DNA of 64,000 nt from Rhodospirillaceae bacterium (GTDB lineage: Bacteria > Pseudomonadota > Alphaproteobacteria > UBA6615): assembly GCA_018702955.1 (NCBI GenBank), contig JABJEK010000038.1, positions 128,002 to 192,001 of the forward strand, written 5' to 3'. The translations under genes and the position numbers were made by a program. The notes under the pieces were generated by a model that was not told the origin of the DNA, did no database searches, and saw only the letters and a program-made list of their open reading frames with translations. Positions 53,370-62,492 of the stretch are shown one piece after another. Position 1 is the first letter of the stretch; the number at the start of each line of letters is the position of its first letter.

Positions 53370-53744
53370 ATGACCTCACAAGAAATGGATGAAGTCCGCC
53401 CGGTTCGCCGGCGACGGGCTTGGTACAAACGTCGGGACATCCTGTTCATTGCGTTCGTCGCAGCCGTCTGGCTCGGCTGGGGAGGCTATGGCCTCGTGAC
53501 CGGTCCCACGCGTATCACAGATGCACTGGAAACCGCCCTCGACGCGGACCCCAAGACCGTCAATCTGCTTGTCACGGCCAAATTCAGGCCCGAACGCTTC
53601 CACTCGAACGTCTACAATAATTATGGCGTGCAGCGTGGAACCGAAGGACGGGTTACGAAACTGTTCCGGGTTCGACCATCAGGCGTCCGATGGCTCTCTC
53701 AACAGTACTGGATTGAACAGATCGACGTCATTCCACCCGAGTGA
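53370..53744 (+). CDS. hypothetical small membrane-anchored protein, translationally coupled to the permease
   Basis: ATG 53370 in TGATATG overlap with the permease stop. Arg-rich N-terminus then one TM helix (ILFIAFVAAVWLGWGGYGLV). C-terminal about 80 aa of unknown fold. Confidence 0.4.
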   Translation: MTSQEMDEVRPVRRRRAWYKRRDILFIAFVAAVWLGWGGYGLVTGPTRITDALETALDADPKTVNLLVTAKFRPERFHSNVYNNYGVQRGTEGRVTKLFRVRPSGVRWLSQQYWIEQIDVIPPE

Positions 53745-53833
53745 TCGCTAAACGGCGATTCCCTTGCCAATTGGCCGTCCGACCTTCTAAAACCCGGCTC
53801 GCATCAATTTCCAACGAGCCGGCGGCCCTACCC

Positions 53834-54724
53834 ATGAACGATGTCAGCACGCCCGACGCGCCCCAGCATTTCGACCGGCGCTATATTCTGAAACTGTCCT
53901 GTCCCGACCAACGCGGCATCGTCGCCGCTGTTGCGAGCTTCCTTGCCGAGCAGGATTGCAACATCCTGGAATCGGCGCAGTTCGACGACGAGATGTCCGG
54001 ACAATTCTTCATGCGCACCGTATTTGGTGCCGGTGTGGCAACCCCGAGCATCGACAACATCTCGGCGGCATTCGGCCCCATCGCTTCTCGTTTTGCGATG
54101 GAATGCTCGATCCATGACCTCCAGGTAAAGCCGAGGGCGCTGATTCTGGTCTCCAAACCGGGACACTGCCTGAACGATCTGCTTTACCGAACCAGTTCTG
54201 GTTCACTGGGCCTCGAGGTCGCAGGTATCGTATCCAACCACCCCGATCAGCAGCCCCTCGCCGACTTCTACAATCTCGACTATCACCACCTGCCGGTGAC
54301 GCCAGAGACCAAAGCGGGTCAGGAAGCGAAAATTCGGGATCTGATCGATGAGACCGGCGCCGACCTGATCGTCCTTGCACGTTACATGCAGATCCTGACG
54401 CCGGAGATGTGCGCGTTCCTGAGCGGCCGCTGCATCAATATCCATCATTCATTTCTGCCGGGCTTCAAGGGCGCCAAACCCTATCACCAGGCGCATGCGC
54501 GCGGGGTGAAGCTCATTGGCGCCACCGCTCACTATGTGACCCCCGATCTGGATGAAGGCCCGATCATCGAGCAGGAAACCAGCCGGGTGAGCCACGCGCA
54601 CACACCCGAGGACATGGAGCGGATCGGGCGTGATCTGGAAAGCGTCGTACTCGCCCGCGCGGTGCGCTATCACATCGAACAGCGGGTATTGCTTCGCGGC
54701 GACCGAACAGTCGTCTTTTCCTAA
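53834..54724 (+). CDS. purU: formyltetrahydrofolate deformylase
   Basis: ACT domain (YILKLSCPDQRGIVAAVASFLAEQDCNI) followed by formyltransferase core (HHSFLPGFKGAKPYHQA, GATAHYVTPDLDEGPII). Confidence 0.9.
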   Translation: MNDVSTPDAPQHFDRRYILKLSCPDQRGIVAAVASFLAEQDCNILESAQFDDEMSGQFFMRTVFGAGVATPSIDNISAAFGPIASRFAMECSIHDLQVKPRALILVSKPGHCLNDLLYRTSSGSLGLEVAGIVSNHPDQQPLADFYNLDYHHLPVTPETKAGQEAKIRDLIDETGADLIVLARYMQILTPEMCAFLSGRCINIHHSFLPGFKGAKPYHQAHARGVKLIGATAHYVTPDLDEGPIIEQETSRVSHAHTPEDMERIGRDLESVVLARAVRYHIEQRVLLRGDRTVVFS

Positions 54725-54748
54725 TTCTCTTCGCCTGGCCGTCTTCGC

Positions 54749-55267
54749 CTAGCGTTCCCGGAAGGCCTCGGACCGGGTCTTCAGTACCGGCTGAATCAAA
54801 TAATCCAGCACCCGCTTTTCGCCGGTGTGGATATCGATCGTGGCCTGCATCCCCGGAATAATCGGCAACGTCCCATCCGCCCCCAAGGTGCTATCCGTGG
54901 TCTCGACGACGACACGGAAGTAATGCTGCCCACTGCGGTCCGTATCGGCATCCGCCGCGATACTCACCACCCGTCCCTCAAGACCGCCATAGCGAACGAA
55001 ATCATAGGTGCTGACCTTCGCTACGGCCCGCTGCCCCACCTCCACATGACCGATATCGCGCGGATCCACGCGCGCCTCGATCAGAAGACGCTCGCGCGAA
55101 GGGACGATCTGCATGATTGCATCCCCCGGGCCAACAACCCCGCCAATCGTGTGATAGGACAGGTTTTGGACCACGCCCTCGATCGGACTGGCAATCACCG
55201 CGCGTGAACGTTGTTCCGTTGCTTTTACGAGGCGCTCTTGCTCGCGCGCGATTTCCAGTTCAACCAA
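54749..55267 (-). pseudogene. C-terminal fragment (~170 aa) of an HlyD-family type I secretion membrane-fusion protein
   Basis: The homologous part begins mid-domain (coiled-coil end, then ...GEKRVLDYLIQPVLKTRSEAFRER). No N-terminal TM or lipoyl region. The upstream sequence in this frame runs into the PAS ORF in a different frame. Confidence 0.6.
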
Positions 55268-57750
55268 GGTGATCTGTTCGGATGCATATCAAAGAGCAGC
55301 TCCGCAAGCTCACTGAACTCCATCCCCGGCCGCATGACATCCGCTAACTTGGGATAGAGATTCGCGTAGGCATCGTTGCTCAGAACTAACCGATCGTCCT
55401 CATCCCAAAGCAGGAAACCGTCGTGCAAGCTACCAATGGCATCTGCAAGCCGTATTTCCGCCTGCCGGATCGCGGTGATGTCCGTGCGAACGGCGACCGC
55501 TCCACCTTCTTCGGTATGACGGCGTGACACGCGCACGACACGGCCATCATCGAATCTGCGTTCAAAGTCGACTTCCTCACCGTGCATCCGGAATTGTTCT
55601 TCAATCCATTCCTCTTCACGACCGAGGGCATCCTTAACTTTCCCGCTGTATGCAAAGACACGGATCATGTCATCGAATGCCATTCCGATATGTATCTGGT
55701 CGACCGCATCGCCAAAATCTCGCGCCCAGCTGCTGTTATAGGCGGCGAGCCTGTCGTTCCCGTCGAACAACACAAAGCCATCCTGAATGGCCTCGATCGC
55801 GTCCCGCAATCGCATCTCGACCCGCTTCAGTTCGGTCGCCTCCGAGTTCAGGACAACAACACCACCATCTCGCGTATTGTTGGCCGAGACGACATAGGTG
55901 CGATCATCGGGAAAGCTAACCTCGACATCACCCTCGGGATTTCGGTGCTGCTCGACACGTTCATCGATCCACGCATCGAGATCGGAAGTATCGGGAACCA
56001 GAATACCTGTCTCGACCGCCATGCGGATCACGTCGCGGATGTTCATCCCGACTTCGATCTCGCCCCCAAGCGACTGAAACATTTCAAGATACTTGCCGTT
56101 GGCGATGACCAGACAATCATCCTTGTCGTAGAGCGCAAAGCCATCGCGCATACTTTCAATCGCATCGGTCAGGCGATATTCAGCATGCTTCATTTCGGTA
56201 ATGTCCGACCTGAGGGTCACAATGCCGCCGTCGGTGGTGCTGTGCGATGCCACCCTCAGCGTCTTCGCGCCAATCTGAAGCTCCTGCAGGGTGTGATCTA
56301 CCGCGTGCTTGGCGACCTGATTGTCTATCCACTCATCCCTGTCGATCGCATGCCCCTGCATTTCGACAAGATCAAAGGTGAACCCCATCAGCTCTCGAAA
56401 AGTGACCCCTGGCACCACCCGGTCCGCATATTCGCCAAAGTCCCGACGGTATCGCTCGTTCGCCACCACCAGACGATCATCGGCATCGTAAAGCACGAAG
56501 CCATCATTGAGGCTTTCGATCGCATCGCGCAGATGTGCCTCGGCGCGTTTGACCTCGGTGATGTCGGTACGAATACCAACGATGCAGCCATCGTGCATCC
56601 GCCGGTCCGTGATCAGAATCCAGCGACCTTCCGTTGTCTCCATTTCATGGTGCTGGCCGTTGTCTGCAGTGTGAACTACGCACATACGCTCTACCCACGC
56701 CTCCGGATCCGCAATCACCTCAGGGTCGGCGTAATGACCTGTTTCAATACCCAGGCGAAGAACATCCCTGAAATGCATGCCCGCGCCCTCCACCATCGCC
56801 GGCATGAACGGGAAAAACTCACGGTATCTGGAGTTGTAGCGAACGATCCGATCATCGGAATCATAGAGAATGAAACCATCCGAAAGAGTTTCGATCGCTT
56901 CGGCAAGAAGGCGTTCGGCCTGATCGGTTTCTGTTTTCGCCTTTTCAGCCTCGCGACGCGCCTTTCCGAGATCCTGCTCGCGCCGCCATTCCTCATCCAC
57001 ATCGCGAACCGCACAATAGAGTTGCCCCATCTGGTCAGCCGTGATGTGCCAGTCCGTCCAACGTGAGCTTCCCGAACCGTCGATCACCCGGACTTTAAAC
57101 CGTGCGGTCTCCTGCCCCGCGATCAGATTGTCGAGCGCGCGCTGAACGATTGGCTGGTCTTCCTAGAAGACCAAGTTTATCAGGGGCTCGCCAGATAATG
57201 CGGCGGCATCACGCCCCAGAATTTTTTCCCACTCCTGATTGACGGTATGAAGCCTGCCATCGCTGCCGGCCATTCCCAGAAGGTCGTCCGACAACTCGAA
57301 AAACCGCTGATAGCGCTGACGCGAGCGCGTCACATCGCGCAACGCCTCTTCATTTCGGCGCTGGTCCGTGACGTCGCGAAAACGGGTGACAAAGCCGCTT
57401 TCGATCGGTCGACCGTGAATTTCAAGAAAGGCGCCGTCCGGACGTTGGCGCGTGAGAGTATAGGCATCGCCCGGCGCGAACAATGAGATGACTTGCGTCG
57501 TTAGTTCCTCGGCATCCCCGGGTCCATAGTCTCCGCGCTCCGCCGCAAAACGTACAGACTCGATCCAATCCTGCCCCGGCTTCATGAGCTCCGCAGGTAT
57601 ATCCAGGAGTTCCTGTGCCAGCGCATTCGACGTCACGACGCGCAATTCGGAATCGAATATGATGACGCCGCCACCGAGCGTATTCAGAACACCCTGGAGC
57701 ATGCTGCTCGTATCTTGCGTCGAACCTGCCGAACTTCCGTCCATCACCAT
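55225..57750 (-). pseudogene. tandem-PAS-repeat protein (about 7 PAS modules, no output domain) split by an in-frame TAG at 57163-57165
   Basis: ORFs 57163..57795 and 55225..57087 share a frame. The 25 codons between them read EDQPIVQRALDNLIAGQETARFKVR and continue into GSGSSRWTDWH.... Repeats follow the pattern RL.DAIESL.DGF.LYD.DDRLV. The C-terminus ends abruptly against the HlyD fragment. Confidence 0.55.
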
Positions 57751-57926
57751 ACCGTCCAAGCCATCTGCACGTGGCAATTCCACTTCCCGAAACAACTCTG
57801 GGCTGTATGTTGCACAGAATTCGGGCGCGCGACGTTAACTTATTTCGCCTGGCGTCAATAAATGGTTAACAGGCGGCACAGATGCGCGGTATTCGGGTGA
57901 TTTATCAGGCTCTTAGGTGACCACTT

Positions 57927-58757
57927 CTAGTTGTTAGAGACCCACTTAACTAAACTTCCAACCCACAGTCCCTCCGCGTGACCGCAGGCATATGAGGAGC
58001 CGAGATGGTCGCAGTCCGACAGGCTAACGGTCTTAACCGTACCGCCGGCGTCTTGCAGTGCCCGCGCCATTTTTTCTGCCTGCACAATGAGGTGAGGAAA
58101 ATCCCGATCGCCCCATGCCATCAGGAATGGCGGCGTATTCGTCATCGTGTGAATCGGGCTGGCGTCGGTGTCGTTTCCAGCGTTCTCGCCCAGGAAACGG
58201 GGATTCGCAGGCATTCCATTGCCCTCGGTGAAATCATAGACACCTGAGACCGGCAGCGCGCCCCGAATGACATCGGCGGGCACGCCGGCGGCTTCCTGCC
58301 AGTCGGACCGAACGGCGAGCCACGCCGCCTGATGCCCGCCTGCAGAGTGTCCGCCCACGAAGATGCGCTCAGGGTCACCGCCATGGGCTGCGATATTGTT
58401 GTAAACCCAGGCAATCCCAGCCGCTGCATCTTCAACGCCGGCCGGCCAGATGACAGCAGGAGCCAATCGGTACCCGATACTGACGAATGTTATGCCGGCT
58501 GCCGTCAGCGCCGGGGCCATAAAGGCCATCCATTCCTTGTAGCCGTTCGTCCAGCCGCCGCCGTGCATGAACGCGACGACGGTTCCGTTCGGCTCGGGTG
58601 CGGCAAATACGGCTACTTCCTGATACGGATCATCGCCATAGGCGAAGGATTCACCACTTATGCCTGCGCCCAGTTCCTGGACACGGACATGATACTTCGC
58701 GCCGATATCGGAAAAAGGTTCCTGTGGCGGATATGAATCGAGGTCGCGAAGTCCCAT
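57927..58757 (-). CDS. alpha/beta hydrolase fold-3 (HGGG-type) esterase/deformylase, arylformamidase-like
   Basis: FMHGGGWTNGY oxyanion motif. GGHSAGGHQAAW nucleophile elbow. ATG 58755-58757 overlaps the upstream stop (ATGA). Confidence 0.8.
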   Translation of the reverse strand: MGLRDLDSYPPQEPFSDIGAKYHVRVQELGAGISGESFAYGDDPYQEVAVFAAPEPNGTVVAFMHGGGWTNGYKEWMAFMAPALTAAGITFVSIGYRLAPAVIWPAGVEDAAAGIAWVYNNIAAHGGDPERIFVGGHSAGGHQAAWLAVRSDWQEAAGVPADVIRGALPVSGVYDFTEGNGMPANPRFLGENAGNDTDASPIHTMTNTPPFLMAWGDRDFPHLIVQAEKMARALQDAGGTVKTVSLSDCDHLGSSYACGHAEGLWVGSLVKWVSNN

Positions 58758-59839
58758 CAGCGTTCCTCGCGTTCAACGATCATCTTTTCATCAACGAATT
58801 TACCGCGTTCGATCACAACTTCATTGTCGAGGAGAACGGTGCAGTCCCGCATCGGCACGTCATAGTGGCCATTCGTGCTACGGCTGCCACCGCCTTGCGT
58901 GTTCGGGCCCGTGGAGAACAGGAAATTGCCAGGGAAGGTCCGCGCTGACGCGTGGGATCGCTCGGGATTGTCTCCATGCAGGGCAATATTGTACCAACGC
59001 GACTGCGGGTTCATTCCCCAACCCAGATGAGAGACCGCGTAGGGGTCTAGGTCATCCTCGGACAGCTTGTTGTCATCGAGCCAATCGGTCATCAACTTGG
59101 CGTCGAGGCCACCCTCGACCTTACGAATAAATCCATCGCGAACCTCGAGCCTCACCTCGTCCTGCACGTAGCGGCAGTAGGGCAAAATGACGATATCGCC
59201 TGGCGACATAATGACCGTTCCATTGGCGGAACCTTCATTGGGGAATGTATGGATATGCCCCACCCCCCATTGGTCGAAATGCCCGGGCTCGTCGGAATAT
59301 CCCCACTGGCTCATCACGGGAAAATCGCCCTTCGAGTAGGTCAGATCGGTACCCGCATCACTAAGAACGCGAACTTCCTTCGTCGCGGTGTAGCGCGCGT
59401 CCGCATACTTGACCGCCTCCTTCAAACCTTTCGGTGAGAGAAGCAATTCAAGGTCATCCGGTGCATCGATGATCATCAGGAACCGGGTTCCGGTCGCCAT
59501 CACCTCGCGCAGCCAGCTCGTAAACAGTGGAATATGCAGCGCCACGACGATATCGGCGGCCTTGAGAGCATCGAGCATACCGTTGATCTGGCCGATGGTA
59601 TCAACTCCGACCTTCGTCCAGGACGGGATCATATTGACGCGCATCTCATAGCAATCCGCGCCCAGCTCGTCGGCGGCCGCGAATGCCGCCTCGACATACT
59701 CCGTGCGCGTCGTGACGTCCGACAGCAACGCGACAGTCTCGCCTTTTTTGACGTTGGACATCTGGAACTGCTTGAGAAACAGGCCGGGAATTCGCCCGGC
59801 GTTGATTTCCTGATGACGGACGGCGGCTGGCGTACGCAT
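58757..59839 (-). CDS. aminopeptidase-T-fold (COG2309) protein resembling 2,5-dihydroxypyridine 5,6-dioxygenase (NicX/Hpo type)
   Basis: 360 aa. GYSDEPGHFDQWG...GDIVILPY...VSHLGWGMNPQSRW...HGD...GNFLFSTGPNTQGGG...HYDVPMRDC matches my recollection of NicX-type Fe(II) ring-cleavage enzymes. Assigned from memory, not from a search. Confidence 0.45.
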   Translation of the reverse strand: MRTPAAVRHQEINAGRIPGLFLKQFQMSNVKKGETVALLSDVTTRTEYVEAAFAAADELGADCYEMRVNMIPSWTKVGVDTIGQINGMLDALKAADIVVALHIPLFTSWLREVMATGTRFLMIIDAPDDLELLLSPKGLKEAVKYADARYTATKEVRVLSDAGTDLTYSKGDFPVMSQWGYSDEPGHFDQWGVGHIHTFPNEGSANGTVIMSPGDIVILPYCRYVQDEVRLEVRDGFIRKVEGGLDAKLMTDWLDDNKLSEDDLDPYAVSHLGWGMNPQSRWYNIALHGDNPERSHASARTFPGNFLFSTGPNTQGGGSRSTNGHYDVPMRDCTVLLDNEVVIERGKFVDEKMIVEREER

Positions 59840-60012
59840 GGCTTTCTTCTCCGCTTCAACGGGTTGAACAATTACCTCATGCTAACCGATCCATCGGGGT
59901 GGTGCGAGACGCCACACCGATGGCTCCCCGCGACAATTCGTCAAGACATCCGCCGCCCGCTGTGCTCAGATAATTCTCTGATAATCAAAAACAGAAGTTG
60001 GGGAGAAAGACC

Positions 60013-61251
60013 ATGATGCGCGCATTCACCGAGCAAAAAATGAAGCGCTTCGCCGAGCAACGCTGGATTCTGGACGCCATCATTTCGTCGGTCGGCATGG
60101 AGTGGGATCAGCCGCGGCTAGGCTACACCATGTATCCCTGCGGCCCCGACGCCGTCGGCGATTTCCGTACTGTGGGTATGCGCACCAAGAAATTCGCGGA
60201 CATGCATCGTGAATTCGCCGGCGCAGCCAAGCGCCGCGAGATCAAGGCAAAGGCCTTCGAAGCCGAGGATCGGCTGGTCTCGGCCCGCGAGAGCTACTTC
60301 ATTGCGTCCCTGCTCTACTCCGCGGCGCGCTGGCCCATCTTCGAGGCCAATGACCTGCACAAGGACTACAACCAGCGCATGGTCGATTGCTACGACAAGT
60401 ATATCGAGTTCGCGCCGCGCCCGATCGAACGGGTGGAAATCCCCTTCGGTGACGGCGTCCTGCCGGGGTTCCTCGCGCTGCCCCACGCGCCGAAGGAGGG
60501 GGAAAAGTTCCCCTGTGCCATCGGCATCGACGGCATGGATGGATCGAAGGAGATCATGTGCTCGATGTATGGCGACAAAATGCTCGAACGCGGCATGGCG
60601 AGCTTTGTCTATGACGGTCCGGGCCAGGGCGAGTGCCCGGTCAACGGCGTGTATGTGACAAAGGATAACCATATGGAGGCCGCCCAGGCCGTCTATGACT
60701 GGCTGATCCAGCACCCGAATATCGACAAGGACCGGCTGGTCATATTCGGGATCAGCTTTGGTTCATTTTTCGGTGCCCAAGCCGCCGCCCAGTTGGGCGA
60801 CAAGGTCAAGGGTGCCGCGCTCTCCTTCGTCTGCCACGAGCCCGGCTGCTATACGATTTTCAATATGGCCGCACCGACCTTCAAATTGCGGTTCATGTTC
60901 ATGGCCAACTATGACGATGAGGCCGAGTTCGACGAATTTGCCAGCGAGTTTTCGCTGGATCCGATTGTCGACCAAATCAAATGCCCCATCCTGGTCCAGG
61001 GCGGACAGGATGAGGAACTCAGTCCGGTCGAATGTTCGGAGGACTTTGTGAACAAGCTGTCCGTTCCCAAGAAGCTGGTCTTCTATGAAGGCGAGCGCCA
61101 TGCGATCGGTGGCGGGTCTGCCGCCTATCTGGGTGAGAACTGGTACACGATGCTGGCCGACTGGTGCCTGGACAGGGTGAATGACAAACCCGCACCGAAC
61201 GAATCCGTTCTCATCAACTCGCTGGGGCAGGCCGAGGCAACGCCCTACTAG
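60013..61251 (+). CDS. alpha/beta hydrolase of the FrsA / DHPON-hydrolase-like family, copy B
   Basis: ATG 60013 after GGGAGAAAG. PIERVEIPFGDG...GISFGSFFG...DDEAEFDEFAS. Colinear with copy A (43242..44510). Confidence 0.7.
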   Translation: MMRAFTEQKMKRFAEQRWILDAIISSVGMEWDQPRLGYTMYPCGPDAVGDFRTVGMRTKKFADMHREFAGAAKRREIKAKAFEAEDRLVSARESYFIASLLYSAARWPIFEANDLHKDYNQRMVDCYDKYIEFAPRPIERVEIPFGDGVLPGFLALPHAPKEGEKFPCAIGIDGMDGSKEIMCSMYGDKMLERGMASFVYDGPGQGECPVNGVYVTKDNHMEAAQAVYDWLIQHPNIDKDRLVIFGISFGSFFGAQAAAQLGDKVKGAALSFVCHEPGCYTIFNMAAPTFKLRFMFMANYDDEAEFDEFASEFSLDPIVDQIKCPILVQGGQDEELSPVECSEDFVNKLSVPKKLVFYEGERHAIGGGSAAYLGENWYTMLADWCLDRVNDKPAPNESVLINSLGQAEATPY

Positions 61252-61267
61252 AACGCATCAACAGGCG

Positions 61268-62338
61268 TCAGAAGGCGTCGGAGAATTCCGGCGCCACGGT
61301 CGTTGCGAACCGACGCAGGGTGTCGTGGCGCACATCGCGCGGCACGCCCACGGTCGCGGGATGCACCATGATGTGATTGAAGCCGATGTCGTGCAGGCGT
61401 TCGACCTGCGCGGCAACGGTTTTCGCGCTGCCGACGAAATTATGGGCGGAGAACTTGTCGATATTCTCCGGCTTCGAGAGCGCCAGGAGATTGCCGAAAT
61501 AACGATTGAACTGTTCATAGCCCTTGATGTCGGTCCAGGGTTCGCTGTCGGCCTCGTAGTGCGCACTCTGGAGCCGAAAGAACTCGGACAGATGCTGACG
61601 GGCCAGCGCGTAGGCCTCCTCGTCGGTATCGGCCATCAGGCAATGCGCAACCACCGGACGCCGGCCGGCATCGGTGAACCCCGCGCTTTCCGCACCTTCC
61701 TTCCAACTGGCCACCATCTTTTCCAGGATGTGGAACGGGAACTGACAAATATTGAGAGGTGCGACCCCCATCGCACCCGTCAAACGCGCGCTCTCCGGGC
61801 TGCCGATGGCGCCGAATAGATGAACCCTGTCGGCTTGTGGGGTGGGCCGGATGCGAAGTGTGCGGCCGATGTTGAAATGCTCGCCCTTGTAGGTGAAGGG
61901 TTCACCCGTGAGCCCGAGACGGACAATTTCGAGGCACTCGCGCAACCGGTCGCGGGCATGCTCCATATTCACGTCAAACGCGTCATACTCCATCTTCGCC
62001 GTTCCCCGGCCGATACCGATTAACAATTCAGCCTCGGTCAGATTACTCAGCATGGAGATTTCACCCATCAGACGCAGCGGGTGATACCAAGGCGCGACCA
62101 GCACCGAACTACCAAAACTCAGGCCCGGGCAGTGGGCGGCGACATGAGACATGAACAGAAGCGGGCTGGGTGTCGGGAAATAGTCCGAGAAATGATGTTC
62201 GAGCATCCAGGCGCTATCGTAACCGAGAGACTGGCCCAGCTTGCAGTCCGTGATGACCTCCTGATACAGCGCCGCGTCATCAAGGCCGCTGGCACCGACC
62301 GGCGCCACAACGAAACCAAATTTCAGACTGTCCGACAT
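61268..62338 (-). CDS. LLM-class flavin-dependent oxidoreductase, third and more divergent copy
   Basis: ATG 62336-62338 (MSDSLKFGFVVAPVG...LGYDSAWMLEHHF...). Confidence 0.85.
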   Translation of the reverse strand: MSDSLKFGFVVAPVGASGLDDAALYQEVITDCKLGQSLGYDSAWMLEHHFSDYFPTPSPLLFMSHVAAHCPGLSFGSSVLVAPWYHPLRLMGEISMLSNLTEAELLIGIGRGTAKMEYDAFDVNMEHARDRLRECLEIVRLGLTGEPFTYKGEHFNIGRTLRIRPTPQADRVHLFGAIGSPESARLTGAMGVAPLNICQFPFHILEKMVASWKEGAESAGFTDAGRRPVVAHCLMADTDEEAYALARQHLSEFFRLQSAHYEADSEPWTDIKGYEQFNRYFGNLLALSKPENIDKFSAHNFVGSAKTVAAQVERLHDIGFNHIMVHPATVGVPRDVRHDTLRRFATTVAPEFSDAF

Positions 62339-62492
62339 GTCCTTTTTCGCGCCATGCGCGCTCCCTTGGAAAAACCGTAACACCCGTGACACACCAACCC
62401 CACCGGTTTTCCGTCGTGCCCTCTGTGTCCAAAATCATTGACGCAGGCGCTCCTGGCCCCGTTCAATACGAAGGCACAGGGGGAGCTATGCC

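Noticed and set aside
45926-57165. Possibility that TAG is recoded (for example pyrrolysine or a suppressor) because two genes contain in-frame TAG
   Set aside because: TAG is used as the genuine terminator of several confidently called genes in the same window (GntR regulator at 6109-6111, LLM at 312-314, ccoN, ccoS, ccoH). No pylTSBCD-like genes are present. Nonsense mutation or sequencing error is far more likely.
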